Shown here piece by piece: positions 11,482 to 21,070 of a stretch of 64,000 nucleotides of DNA (the stretch's first letter is position 1; each line of letters opens with the position of its first letter). Source of the DNA: Nitrospirota bacterium (GTDB taxonomy: Bacteria > Nitrospirota > Nitrospiria > 2-01-FULL-66-17); NCBI GenBank assembly GCA_049325335.1, contig JBMOMC010000007.1:323044-387043 (forward strand). Reading direction: 5' to 3'. The notes under the pieces are model-generated. The model saw only the letters and a program-made list of their open reading frames with translations, had not been told where the DNA came from and searched no databases. The translations under genes were made by a program, and so were the position numbers.

Positions 11482-12680
11482 GAAGCCGGGGTGACGTCGG
11501 CCGATTGTCCCTGTTCAGCCGGCGCCGACTCAGCGCCGCCGGATTCCGCGGTCGCTGCAGCCAGACGCGCCTGTTGTTCGTCCTGCAACGCCTGTTCGTG
11601 GGCGATCGCCGCGCTGATCTCGCGGTCGCGATCCTTCACGCGCTCTTTCTCGTACTCGCTCTGGCTGATGATGTCGATCTTCCACCCGGTCAATTTGGCG
11701 GCCAGCCGCACGTTTTGGCCCTTCTTGCCGATGGCCAACGACAATTGGTGATCCGCCACCACCGCGATGGCCGACTTCTCGGACTCGGTGATCCCGACCT
11801 TCTCCACCACCGCGGGGCTGAGCGCCTCGCCGATGAAGGTCCGCGGGTCTTCGGTCCAGGTAATGATGTCGATTTTTTCCCCGCGCAGTTCCCGCACCAC
11901 CGCCTGCACACGCACGCCCTTGACGCCCACGCACGCGCCGACCGGGTCCACCGCCTTATCGCGCGAGGACACGCAGATTTTGGTCCGATCGCCCGGCTCG
12001 CGCACCACGCCGCGGATCTGCACGATGCCTTCCGCGACTTCCGGCACTTCGAGCTCGAACAATTTCTTCACGAACTCGGGACACGCGCGCGAGAGGATCA
12101 ACTGCGGACCGCGCGAGGACGGTTTGACTTCCAGCAAATACGCGCGCAGCCGATCCCCCCGCCGGAAGCCTTCGCGCGGAATCTGCTCGCTCACCGGCAG
12201 CAACGCTTCGGTCTTACCCAGGTCCACGATATAGTTGCGGCGCTCCTGGCCGAGGATCATCCCGCTGATAATCTCGCCCTGGCGCACCGAGTACTCTTTG
12301 TACACGGTCTCCAACTCGGCTTCGCGCACGCGCTGGAAGATCACCTGCTTGGCGGTCTGCGCCGCGATGCGCCCGAAATCCTCCATCGGCATGAGGTCGC
12401 CGATCTCGTCGCCCAGCTCCGCGGTCGGATCGATCTGCAGCGCGGCGTCCAACCCGATCTCGGCCTTGGGATTGGTCACCGCCTCGACGATCTTTTTGAG
12501 CGAGACCACCTCGATTTCCCCGGTGTCGGGATCGATCCGCACCTGGATATTCTCGGCCGCGCCGTAGCGTTTGCGCGCGGCGGTTTGGACCGCGAGTTCC
12601 ACCGCCTGGAGGATCTTCTCTCCCTTGATCCCCTTCTCCCGTTCGATTTGGCCGATAACCGTCAACAATTCACGATTCAT
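11478..12680 (-). CDS. nusA: Transcription termination/antitermination factor NusA
   Basis: [32 protein letters not shown]. Confidence 0.99.
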   Translation of the reverse strand: MNRELLTVIGQIEREKGIKGEKILQAVELAVQTAARKRYGAAENIQVRIDPDTGEIEVVSLKKIVEAVTNPKAEIGLDAALQIDPTAELGDEIGDLMPMEDFGRIAAQTAKQVIFQRVREAELETVYKEYSVRQGEIISGMILGQERRNYIVDLGKTEALLPVSEQIPREGFRRGDRLRAYLLEVKPSSRGPQLILSRACPEFVKKLFELEVPEVAEGIVQIRGVVREPGDRTKICVSSRDKAVDPVGACVGVKGVRVQAVVRELRGEKIDIITWTEDPRTFIGEALSPAVVEKVGITESEKSAIAVVADHQLSLAIGKKGQNVRLAAKLTGWKIDIISQSEYEKERVKDRDREISAAIAHEQALQDEQQARLAAATAESGGAESAPAEQGQSADVTPAS

Positions 12681-12715
12681 ACCTTACCCCTTAACGTTCA
12701 CTCGCGATTCCGCGC

Positions 12716-13231
12716 TCACCATTCGACTTCCAACCGGGCCTGCGCGATCGCGTCGAACGGCACGGACCACTCCCGGCCCCCGTCCCGTTCTTCGATCGTC
12801 GCCGCCCCGGCATCCACGCCCTTGAGACGCCCTACCACGATTCGCGGACCGTCCCACGACTCGCGGGTCTTGACCCGCACCAACCGGCCCACCGCGCCTT
12901 CAAAATCCCGGTACCCGTTTAGCGGCCGATCCAATCCTGGGGACGACACTTCTAATGTGTACCGGTGTTCGATCGGCTCCTCCACGTCCAACGCGTGGCC
13001 GAGCGCGCGGCTCAGACGCGTGCAGTCCTCGAGCGTCACGCCGCCCGGTTTATCAATCGTCAGCCGCAGGGTGCCGGCTATTCGGCTTCCCGCATACCGC
13101 ACGCTCACCAGGGACACGCCCAGTTGCGCGGCAATGGGTTCGGCCACGCGCACCACGCGCGTTTCCAGCGCGCCCCAGCTCGAGCGCCCAGTCTCGCCGT
13201 CCACGTCAGCTTCCACCGCCTGCTTCACCAC
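12716..13231 (-). CDS. rimP: Ribosome maturation factor RimP
   Basis: IDKPGGVTLEDC, YTLEVSSPGLDRPL. Confidence 0.97.
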   Translation of the reverse strand: MVKQAVEADVDGETGRSSWGALETRVVRVAEPIAAQLGVSLVSVRYAGSRIAGTLRLTIDKPGGVTLEDCTRLSRALGHALDVEEPIEHRYTLEVSSPGLDRPLNGYRDFEGAVGRLVRVKTRESWDGPRIVVGRLKGVDAGAATIEERDGGREWSVPFDAIAQARLEVEW

Positions 13232-13254
13232 GCCCCCTCGCCGTCAGCTCAAAC

Positions 13255-13284
13255 AAAAAAAGTGGGCCAAACACCGCCCACTTC
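13255..13284 (-). terminator. rimP-leader terminator/attenuator hairpin
   Basis: Minus strand AAGTGGGC-GGTGTTTG-GCCCACTTTTTTT just upstream of rimP, matching the known GGGc..gCCC rimP leader; upstream TTGCAG / TG-TATAGT promoter at ~13334-13363. Confidence 0.75.
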
Positions 13285-13378
13285 GCACCGCCACGCCGGA
13301 AGCGTGGGACCCATCGGATGCCAAAGCGTCGGCACTATACCACATCCAATTCACGGGCTGCAAGGTAACCGACACGCG

Positions 13379-14281
13379 TCACCTCGTCCGCGTTCGACGC
13401 GCTGCGCGTCCTCGCGGGGGCGCCGCGTTCGGCGCGCACTCGGCGCGCACCATGGCCGCGAACCCCTGCGCCAACCGCTGCGTCAGCGGCCCCGGAACCC
13501 CTTTCCCGATCGTCGCGCCATCCACCGCAACCACCGGTACGATCTCGACCGTGGTGCCGGTCAGAAACACCTCGTCGGCTTGGCGCAGCTCCTCCACGCC
13601 GACCGCGCGCTCCACCAGCGGCGTCCCGTCTCGGCGAATGAGTTCGAGCGTGGCCGCGCGCGTGATGCCGGGAAGAATCGACGGGTCGGTCGGCGAGGTG
13701 GTGACCGCGCCGTTGATCACGCAAAACACGTTGCTGACCGAGCCCTCGGTGACGTGGCCGTCCCGCACCAAAATCGCCTCGAACACCCCGGCGGCGCGCG
13801 CCTCTTCCCGCGCCAGCACGTTGGCCAGGAGGTTCAACGACTTCACGTCGCAGCGCGCCCACCGCAAATCCGGCGTGGTGATCACGCGCACCCCGTCCCG
13901 CCGCGCCGCATCCGGCAACGGATCGAGCTTGCGCACCGTGATCACCACCGTGGGTTGCACCCCTTTGGGAAACCGATGATCGCGCGGCGCCACCCCGCGC
14001 GTCACCTGCAGGTAGACCTTGGCCTCCGGAAACGTGCTCAGCCCGTAGGCGCGGAGAATCAATCGTCGCCATTGCGCGCGGGAATACCGCAACGGCAACC
14101 GGATCGCCGCCGCGCTCTGGGCGAGCCGCTCCAGGTGGGCGTCCAAGCGGAACAACCGGCCGTCGTAACTGCGGACGACTTCATAAACCCCGTCGCCGAA
14201 TTGAAAGCCTCGGTCTTCGACCGAGACCTTCGCCTGCGTGATCGGCAGAAACCGTCCGTTGACGCACGCAATCGTCGGCAT
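13379..14281 (-). CDS. dat: Class IV PLP aminotransferase (D-amino-acid transaminase-like)
   Basis: EDRGFQFGDGVYEV, DVKSLNLL, EGSVSNVF, ILPGITR. Confidence 0.85.
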   Translation of the reverse strand: MPTIACVNGRFLPITQAKVSVEDRGFQFGDGVYEVVRSYDGRLFRLDAHLERLAQSAAAIRLPLRYSRAQWRRLILRAYGLSTFPEAKVYLQVTRGVAPRDHRFPKGVQPTVVITVRKLDPLPDAARRDGVRVITTPDLRWARCDVKSLNLLANVLAREEARAAGVFEAILVRDGHVTEGSVSNVFCVINGAVTTSPTDPSILPGITRAATLELIRRDGTPLVERAVGVEELRQADEVFLTGTTVEIVPVVAVDGATIGKGVPGPLTQRLAQGFAAMVRAECAPNAAPPRGRAARRTRTR

Positions 14282-14284
14282 ACG

Positions 14285-14986
14285 TTACGTTCGCCTCCGC
14301 GCGGAGCGATTCGTGCCGCGGAACGGCCGGCGGTTGCTGTTCCCGCGCTTTCGCATCAGCACGTTGTGAAACACGTACGTTCCCTCACGGTCTTCGGTCA
14401 GCTCGATGATGTCGAACCAGCGGCCGAACAACGGCCGAAAATCCTCCCGGCGAAAAAACCGATCGTAATGCCCCGCGTGCACCAGCCAGTTCCTGGTGCG
14501 GCGCTCCTGGGGATGATGCTTAAACTTGGTGGAAAAACACGAGAGCAGAAAATATCCGTCCGACTTGATCAGTGGGACGACTTGATCGAGATACCGCCGC
14601 GTGTCGGAGCGGCGAACGTGATGGAGGCACCCGTAGTCCATGACCACGTCAAATACATCCGGCGCAAAAGGCAACGCGAAGACGTTCGCTTGCATGAACG
14701 TCGGCCGCGCGCCGGCGCCCCGGGCCGCGGCCCGCGCCCGCGCCAACGCCTTGGGCTCCAAATCCACGCCCACCGCGTCGAAGCCGCGTTGCGCGAACGC
14801 CACGCTGTGCCGACCCTCCCCGCACCCGATATCGAGCACACGCCCGCCTCGCGCCTTCGCCGAACGCAAAAACCGCGCCACCATGGGCGACGCGCCGACC
14901 GTCGGCCACCCGTGCCGGCCGCTCTCATACGCGCGGCGAAAATACTCCCGCTGCGCGCGATAAATTCCAGTAGCCCTGACGCTCAC
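14285..14986 (-). CDS. Class I SAM-dependent methyltransferase
   Basis: VLDIGCGEGRH, FDVVMDYGCLHH. Confidence 0.88.
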   Translation of the reverse strand: MSVRATGIYRAQREYFRRAYESGRHGWPTVGASPMVARFLRSAKARGGRVLDIGCGEGRHSVAFAQRGFDAVGVDLEPKALARARAAARGAGARPTFMQANVFALPFAPDVFDVVMDYGCLHHVRRSDTRRYLDQVVPLIKSDGYFLLSCFSTKFKHHPQERRTRNWLVHAGHYDRFFRREDFRPLFGRWFDIIELTEDREGTYVFHNVLMRKRGNSNRRPFRGTNRSARRRT

Positions 14987-15200
14987 CGGCGCGTAGTCTA
15001 CTCTCGCGCCAGACGCGAATCAAGGCGAGATGTGTTATTGCAAAACCTCGCACGGCAGGGGGGCAGAGGGGCAGCTCAGCCTGACCCCAAACCTGCCCGC
15101 GAACCTGCTCTTCTCACGCGGGCGTCACAGGAGTTGTCGTCATTGCTTCGCCATCTGTAATGTGTCAAAGAGCCTTTTGGTGCGCCGGTGGCGCGAGGCA

Positions 15201-15225
15201 CATTCCCGCGGAGGCGGGGATCCAG
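15201..15225. repeat. REP-like short palindrome CATTCCCGCGGAGGCGGGGATCCAG
   Basis: Resembles the widespread ATTCCCGC-N4-GCGGGAATCCAG hairpin repeats; single copy here, just downstream of the PIN toxin. Confidence 0.45.
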
Positions 15226-15241
15226 AACTCTTATGGCGCAG

Positions 15242-15637
15242 TTACGGCACGAGGTGCGGTGAGAGCGGAATGCCCACCCGCGTGGCCGCCTCCCTCAGTC
15301 GCTCATCGTAGCTGGCGAGCGAAACATCTTGGCGCTGGTCACGCAAAAAGATGATCGAAGCGAGATGGAGGGCATCGAGGGTCCGCACCGCGAGCGGAAA
15401 CGATTCTAGGGCTCTGGCCAGAACCGGTGGGGCCAGTTCGAGGAACGCAATGCGATTCAAGAGTTGTCGCGTATAGTCGGCGTGGGAAGGACCGAGATTT
15501 CTGGAGTGGATTCTGGTCCAGACCTCGTATTCCAACAGACGGCTGGACACGAGCGGCTCATGCCACAGCGCGTCGGGCGGACACCGGTCTTCGGCCAGGA
15601 GTTGAGCGAGTGCGACGGACGTGTCCAGATAAATCAA
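15242..15637 (-). CDS. PIN-domain (VapC-like) toxin
   Basis: MIYLDTS, RTLDALHLAS; 4-bp overlap with the upstream antitoxin. Confidence 0.9.
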   Translation of the reverse strand: MIYLDTSVALAQLLAEDRCPPDALWHEPLVSSRLLEYEVWTRIHSRNLGPSHADYTRQLLNRIAFLELAPPVLARALESFPLAVRTLDALHLASIIFLRDQRQDVSLASYDERLREAATRVGIPLSPHLVP

Positions 15638-15924
15638 CGGTCCTCGCGGTCCTTCGCGAGTTCAGTGAGGAGGTCGCGGAGCCGCGCCACCGGAGCCCTC
15701 GGCGGCGGGCCTTCAGCCACGAGGGTTGGCGCCGTGAGCCACCCCTTACGCATGGCCTCGGCCAGGAGTGCGTCGGTCAGTAAGTCGCTCCGGCCGGGCC
15801 GAGGCGGAACGAGCTCCGCGACCACGCGGTCGCGGTCCGTCACCAAAATCTCCTCCCCGCCGGCCGCCAGCCGAACGTATTCGCTGAGTCGATTTTTCAG
15901 CACCTTTAATCCGACCGCACGCAT
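15634..15924 (-). CDS. Phd/YefM-type antitoxin
   Basis: LKNRLSEYVRLAAGGEEILVTDRDRVVAEL; ATG 15924 lies 6 nt after a -10 box. Confidence 0.88.
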   Translation of the reverse strand: MRAVGLKVLKNRLSEYVRLAAGGEEILVTDRDRVVAELVPPRPGRSDLLTDALLAEAMRKGWLTAPTLVAEGPPPRAPVARLRDLLTELAKDREDR

Positions 15925-15930
15925 AGATCT

Positions 15931-15960
15931 AACGTAGCGCTCGGGAGCTACCTCTGTCAA
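15931..15960 (-). promoter_or_regulatory. Sigma70 promoter of the TA operon with palindromic operator
   Basis: TTGACA-18-TACGTT; GTAGC..GCTAC inverted repeat spanning the spacer and start of the -10. Confidence 0.7.
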
Positions 15961-16142
15961 GCGGGGCAGGCCACGGGATGGATTTAGTTGTTTACTTGGG
16001 ATGAGTATTGACTATTGATGAAACGCCGTCGACGGACGAACCAGACTATAAGTCAATACTCATGCCTGGTGTTCCTGGTGCTCCGTGTGCGACACACCCG
16101 ACGCTGGCCGCGTCCCTCTCCCCGTGATAGACTCGCGCCCAT

Positions 16143-16802
16143 ATGGCTCCCAGCGTCGTCATCCTGGATTGCGACGGCACGCTCGTGGACAGCGCCGGGC
16201 ACATTGTCGCGGTGTTCAACGAGGCGATCGTCACGCTCGGTTATGCGCCGTTGCCGCCGGAGCGGGTTGCGCGGATCATTGGATTGTCGTTCGATGACGC
16301 GCTGCAGCATCTCCTCCCCGAGGCAACGGCGGACGAACGCGCGCGCATCATTCACGTGTACCGGGCGCAGTACGCGGTCAATGCGGTGGGACGCGATCCG
16401 CTGTTTGCCGGCGTGCGGGAGTTTTTGGACCTGGTGCGCGGACAGGGGCGGCATCTGGCCATGGCCACGGGCAAGAGCCGGGCTGGCGCGCTGCGGATCA
16501 TCGCGGAGCACGGGTTGAACGACTACTTCGTTTCGGTCAAAACCGGCGACCTCTGCCGCCCCAAACCGCATCCCGACATGCTGCTGCAGATTCTGGACGA
16601 GATGGGTGTTCCCGCAGCGCGGGCGATCATGGTCGGCGATACCACATTCGATGTGGAAATGGCGCGTTCAGCAGGTGTTCGGGCGATCGGCGTGGGCTGG
16701 GGCGCCCATGAGGCGCAGGAACTGGCCGACGCCGGCGCCGACCTGGTCGTCTCCGCCCTCCCAGACCTCGCCCCGCACCTCCCCCGACTCTTGCCTGACT
16801 AA
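16143..16802 (+). CDS. HAD-IA family hydrolase (phosphoglycolate-phosphatase-like)
   Basis: DCDGTLVDS, KPHP, MVGDTTFD. Confidence 0.92.
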   Translation: MAPSVVILDCDGTLVDSAGHIVAVFNEAIVTLGYAPLPPERVARIIGLSFDDALQHLLPEATADERARIIHVYRAQYAVNAVGRDPLFAGVREFLDLVRGQGRHLAMATGKSRAGALRIIAEHGLNDYFVSVKTGDLCRPKPHPDMLLQILDEMGVPAARAIMVGDTTFDVEMARSAGVRAIGVGWGAHEAQELADAGADLVVSALPDLAPHLPRLLPD

Positions 16803-16837
16803 GAGCTTGTAAAAGGTTTCGCACTCCCCGCAAATGC

Positions 16838-17025
16838 GGAGCCTGGCCAGGAGCGGGCCAGATGCCCCCTTCGGGGACTTCCGCTATTTGAATTTCTGTC
16901 GGTGGGTCGCAAGGCGGAGCGAGCGCCTGCACGTGTAGGGGCGTACGGCCGTACGCCCCTACGAAAACCGTGAGCACCGGAAGCGCAGCGGCAACGCCGC
17001 AGATGCCGGTTCCTGGACAGCCTCC
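16838..17025. mobile_element. MITE-like element copy 1 (43-bp module plus GTAG palindrome)
   Basis: Imperfect TIRs GGAGCCTGGCCAGGA / TCCTGGACAGCCTCC; shares AGATGC..GCAAGGC and AACGCCGCAGA with the other copies. Confidence 0.7.
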
Positions 17026-17027
17026 AC

Positions 17028-18032
17028 TTAGGCGCTGAAGTCGCGGTCGTCCGCGCCGAGACCTACGCCCGGCGAAAACTCGATCGTCGTGGTCACCGGC
17101 AAATGGTCCGACCCCAGATCCGGCCCCACCTCGCGCCGTACCACCCGCACGCCCGGCGAGACCAGCGTGTGATCAATGGGGATGCCCAACCACCGCCCGA
17201 ACAGGCTGGGCCAACTTCCGCCTAAACCGAAGCCTTCCTGTCCGTCGCGCACGCCCGCCCGCCCCGCAAGGTCGTCGTACCAGGGTGACCAGCGCGTGAT
17301 GTTCAGGTCGCCAACCACGACCTTATTGAGCGCCGGTTCCGCATCCACTCGACGAGCGAGCACGGTCAACTGACGATTCCTCGCCACCGCATCGCCCGGC
17401 GTCACCGGACTGCGCAGGTGGGTCGCGAACAAGGCGAGCGCCGACGGTCCGGTGGACTGCACGACGTTCATCACCACCGCCGGACACCACGCGTCGCCCA
17501 ACGGTTCCACGCGCAACGACGGCGCGGCGCGTTTGGTGAACACCGCCACGCCAGATCCGTCCGGCGGAATCCGAACCAGCGAATGCGGGTAACGATCCCG
17601 CAACCGCGTCATCGCCTTAGACCACTCCGGAGTCACTTCCACTAGCACGGCGACGTCCGAATCCTGCTCCATGAACCATTGCACAATCCGGTCGGGATCT
17701 CCATTGTGAAAATGCACGTTCACTTGCGAGATCGTGAGCCGTTCGGACGCGCCGGCCGGCGGCGGAATGTCCGGCTGCGCCCACAGCGGGACCAGACGCG
17801 CGACCTGCGTCACGCAGACGGCCAACGCCGCCAGCGACGCGACCGGCCGGTTCTTCAGCCCCAAGACCAGCGCGAGCAGCAAGGCCGCGGCCGCGTACTG
17901 CGCCACAAAGTGCGTGCTCAGCTCCGCCAGCCAAAACCGGCGTCCCCACCAGGGGAGCACCAGCGACACCAGCGCCAACGCCGCCACCGCGCGCCACGCC
18001 CACCCCATGTGAAACCGTCCGGACGCGCTCAC
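17028..18032 (-). CDS. Endonuclease/exonuclease/phosphatase family membrane protein
   Basis: N-terminal hydrophobic helices; GDLN, PIDH, GSDHLP. Confidence 0.88.
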   Translation of the reverse strand: MSASGRFHMGWAWRAVAALALVSLVLPWWGRRFWLAELSTHFVAQYAAAALLLALVLGLKNRPVASLAALAVCVTQVARLVPLWAQPDIPPPAGASERLTISQVNVHFHNGDPDRIVQWFMEQDSDVAVLVEVTPEWSKAMTRLRDRYPHSLVRIPPDGSGVAVFTKRAAPSLRVEPLGDAWCPAVVMNVVQSTGPSALALFATHLRSPVTPGDAVARNRQLTVLARRVDAEPALNKVVVGDLNITRWSPWYDDLAGRAGVRDGQEGFGLGGSWPSLFGRWLGIPIDHTLVSPGVRVVRREVGPDLGSDHLPVTTTIEFSPGVGLGADDRDFSA

Positions 18033-18039
18033 GTTCCGC

Positions 18040-18933
18040 TCACCCGCCGCGCGCTCCGGCGCGATCGTCGTGGCCTTCGACGATTTTGATCAACGCGGCG
18101 AAATCTTCGTCCCCCAAGCGGGCATCCAGGCCCGCAGAAAACATGGCGTCCAACAGATCCCCCAGCGCGTGCGGCGCGCCGTGGGTCTCGGCTTGCGCGC
18201 GGGCCAACCGAATATCCTTGGCCATGTGTTTGAACGCAAAGTGCGGCTCAAAGTCCCGCCGGCGCACCGCGCGGCCTTTGAGCGACAAGAGCGGCGAGGC
18301 CAACGCGCTATGCGTCAACACGTCCAACATCCGGTCGTCATCCAATCCGGAACGCCGTCCCAAGGTCAGACTCTCGAACAGGGCCAACATCGATCCCGCG
18401 ATCGCCAGATTGTTCACCAACTTCATCATCGAGCCGGAGCCGGCCGGCCCCATGTGCACCACGTGTTTGGCCATGGGCGCGAACACCGGGGCTAACCGAG
18501 CCACCGCGTCCGCTTCGCCTCCGACCATGAGCACCAATTCGCCGTTCGCCGCGGCCGACTTGCTGCCGGTCACCGGCGCGTCCACGAACGCCGCGTGGCG
18601 GGCACGGCACGCGCAGTCCAACCCGCGCGAGGTGGCGGGATCCACCGTGGTCATGTCCACGTACGTCGCGCCCGGCCGCAGGGCGTCGATCAACCCGTGC
18701 GCACCCAATGCCACGTCGCGCACCGACGCGGGATCCCCGAGCATGGTGATCGCCACATCCGCGCCAGCCGCCGCGTCCGCCGGCGAATCGGCCGGAACCG
18801 CACCTTGCGCGCAAACGCCTTCACACGCCGATCGCGTGCGGTTCCAGACTCGCACGGAAAATCCGGCCCTCAACAACCGGCCGGTCATCCGGCTCCCCAT
18901 GAGCCCCATCCCCAAAAATGCGATCGTCTTCAC
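18040..18933 (-). CDS. NAD(P)-dependent beta-hydroxyacid dehydrogenase (3-hydroxyisobutyrate DH family)
   Basis: FLGMGLMG, DAPVTGS, KLVNN. Confidence 0.9.
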   Translation of the reverse strand: MKTIAFLGMGLMGSRMTGRLLRAGFSVRVWNRTRSACEGVCAQGAVPADSPADAAAGADVAITMLGDPASVRDVALGAHGLIDALRPGATYVDMTTVDPATSRGLDCACRARHAAFVDAPVTGSKSAAANGELVLMVGGEADAVARLAPVFAPMAKHVVHMGPAGSGSMMKLVNNLAIAGSMLALFESLTLGRRSGLDDDRMLDVLTHSALASPLLSLKGRAVRRRDFEPHFAFKHMAKDIRLARAQAETHGAPHALGDLLDAMFSAGLDARLGDEDFAALIKIVEGHDDRAGARGG

Positions 18934-19026
18934 CTCACATGCCTCCGACTCTCCTCCAGCATACCGAGCTCGCCCACGCGCCGCAAGAGCGTGGGCGAGC
19001 TCGTGTGGCGAGCTCGGGCGAGGGTT

Positions 19027-19055
19027 TTGACACGGGCGTGGGCCAATCTTATACT
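19027..19055 (+). promoter_or_regulatory. Near-consensus sigma70 promoter of add
   Basis: TTGACA(19027)-17-TATACT(19050). Confidence 0.75.
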
Positions 19056-19064
19056 CAGCTCACC

Positions 19065-20090
19065 GTGAACACCCCGGGCACCGACCTCGCGCAGGCCATC
19101 CGTCGCATCCCCAAAACCGAATTACACCAACACGTGGACGGGTCCATTCCGATTCCGATCACGTGGGAATTGATGGCCAAACACGACCTCGCGCCGGTCG
19201 ACACCATCGAAGACATGGAGCGGCTACTCACGCTGCAACCGGAAGAAGAAGGCACGCTGATCCGGTATCTGGACAAGTTCCACTATCCGGCATGGATCAC
19301 CCAGTTCTACGGCAACATCACGCGCGTGGTGGAGGCGATCGTGGCCGACGCCGCCTCCCACGGCGTGACCGCCCTGGAACTGCGTTACTCCCCCATCATC
19401 CACACCTACGCGGGACTGACCCTGCGCCAATCCATCAGCGCGGTGCTGTCGGGCCTCAACCATGCGGAAGAGCAACACGGGGTGCGAACCGGCCTCATCA
19501 TCATCGCGATGCGCCACCAAGGGCCGCACATCGCGAAAATTTTGGCTCGCCAGGGCATCAGCGAAGCCCAACACCTACACAACCGGACCGGCGTGATTGG
19601 GTTCGACCTGGCCGGCGCCGAACGCGGGAATCCGCCGCGGCTCTTCAAGGACGCGTACGACGTGGCGCGCAAGGGCGGACTCGGCCTGACCGTGCACGCG
19701 GGGGAAGATGAAGGCCCGGAATGCATCTGGCAAGCCATCGACGTCCTGGGCGTGACGCGTATCGGCCACGGATGTTCGGCGGTGCAGGATCCCGCGCTGG
19801 TCAAACGCCTTGCCGCGGATCGCGTACTGGTGGAATGTTGCCTCACGTCCAATTACCACACCGGCGCGGTCAAACGCGGCCAGCCGCACCCCATCTTTAC
19901 ATTCCTTGAAGCGGGCGTGCCGGTGGCGGTCTGCACCGACAACACCACGGTCTCCCGCACGCACCAGACCGACGAAAACGCCAAACTCGCCGCAACGCTT
20001 GCGCTCCCCGAGATCGCCGCGATCCACGACCGCGCACGCGCGCATTCGTTTATCCGCGACGTACGGCCGGCATTGGGTACTACGGTTTAG
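19065..20090 (+). CDS. add: Adenosine deaminase family protein
   Basis: PKTELHQHVDGS, HAGE, RIGHG, CTDN; GTG start at 19065. Confidence 0.88.
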   Translation: MNTPGTDLAQAIRRIPKTELHQHVDGSIPIPITWELMAKHDLAPVDTIEDMERLLTLQPEEEGTLIRYLDKFHYPAWITQFYGNITRVVEAIVADAASHGVTALELRYSPIIHTYAGLTLRQSISAVLSGLNHAEEQHGVRTGLIIIAMRHQGPHIAKILARQGISEAQHLHNRTGVIGFDLAGAERGNPPRLFKDAYDVARKGGLGLTVHAGEDEGPECIWQAIDVLGVTRIGHGCSAVQDPALVKRLAADRVLVECCLTSNYHTGAVKRGQPHPIFTFLEAGVPVAVCTDNTTVSRTHQTDENAKLAATLALPEIAAIHDRARAHSFIRDVRPALGTTV

Positions 20091-20113
20091 TGCTGAAAAA
20101 CGCTGGCGATGCC

Positions 20114-20239
20114 AGCAGGCCGCTCAAAAAGTTCCAGATGCAAGGCCGCAGGGAGGAGGAAACCGCAGCGTACTGTGTCGTACGTGAGGATTTCCGACGA
20201 CCGAGAACGCCGCAGATGGACTTTTTCAGCGGCCTGTTA
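20114..20239. mobile_element. MITE-like element copy 2 (minimal form)
   Basis: TIRs CAGGCCGCTCAAAAAGTTCCA / TGGACTTTTTCAGCGGCCTG; core CGCAGCGTACTG-GTCGTACGTGAGGA shared with copy 4. Confidence 0.75.
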
Positions 20240-20987
20240 GTCGGCCCAGAAATCCGACCATATGATCAAACAGCACCGCCTTGTGCGCGGTCAGGCGGTG
20301 GTCGCCGCCCGCAATGGCCACCAGTTCCAGCGGTCTCGCCGTGGAACGCCTGACGAACTCCACGCTTCCGGCCACCGGCACGGTCATGTCCTCCGTGCCG
20401 TGCAGGATCAAGGTGGGCGTGCGGTACGTGGGGAGCAGGCGCTCCAATCCGTAGCCGACCGCGTCCTCGACCAACTCCGGCCCAATGGTTGTGGCGACCC
20501 ACTCGTTGCGGACAATGGCGTACCCCTCGGTGCGCAAACGCGCCTCCCCATCCGGGCCCAGATCACGTACGCGGTTCTCGTAGAACGCGAACGCCGGCGC
20601 AATCAGCAAGTTCGCGGCAATCACGGTGGGATCGCGCGCCGCAGCCCAGGCCGCGAGGTGCCCGCCCAGCGACGAGCCGATCACCACGATCCGGGCAAAC
20701 CGCTCGCGCGCCCACGTGAGGATCGCGTCCACGTCCGCCAGCGCGCGCGTGACGGTCAACTCCTCCATGGTCCCGCTGGACTCGCCGTGCCCGCGCAGGT
20801 CGAACGTCAGATACGCGTCCCCGCGCGCCACGAACCGCTCGCCAAAGTACACCGCCTTCTCACCGCGTTGGTGCGAGGCAAACCCGTGCACATAGATGAT
20901 GACCGTCTCCGGATTCTCGCAGGTCGGCGGCGCGGCGAGGGTGTACTCCAAAAAATTGTCCGAGGCGCCGAGAGGCAATCGCGGCAT
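20226..20987 (-). CDS. Alpha/beta hydrolase
   Basis: HGFAS, GSSLGG nucleophile elbow, HGTED, GGDH. Confidence 0.9.
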   Translation of the reverse strand: MPRLPLGASDNFLEYTLAAPPTCENPETVIIYVHGFASHQRGEKAVYFGERFVARGDAYLTFDLRGHGESSGTMEELTVTRALADVDAILTWARERFARIVVIGSSLGGHLAAWAAARDPTVIAANLLIAPAFAFYENRVRDLGPDGEARLRTEGYAIVRNEWVATTIGPELVEDAVGYGLERLLPTYRTPTLILHGTEDMTVPVAGSVEFVRRSTARPLELVAIAGGDHRLTAHKAVLFDHMVGFLGRLTGR

Positions 20988-21070
20988 GGACGTATCATAG
21001 GCCGGACACGGGGTCGCCGCAAGCACGGGGGGCCGTTGAATCACCCGTATGGTCCCGGTATAGTAGCCCC

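Noticed and set aside
11505..15160. Very long plus-strand ORFs (824 aa, 731 aa)
   Set aside because: Antisense shadows of nusA/rimP/dat in high-GC DNA; no motifs and Arg/Ala/Pro-biased composition.
16010..16055. Hammerhead-like TGATGA...GAA core within the hairpin
   Set aside because: Lacks CUGANGA, GAAA and proper stems II/III.
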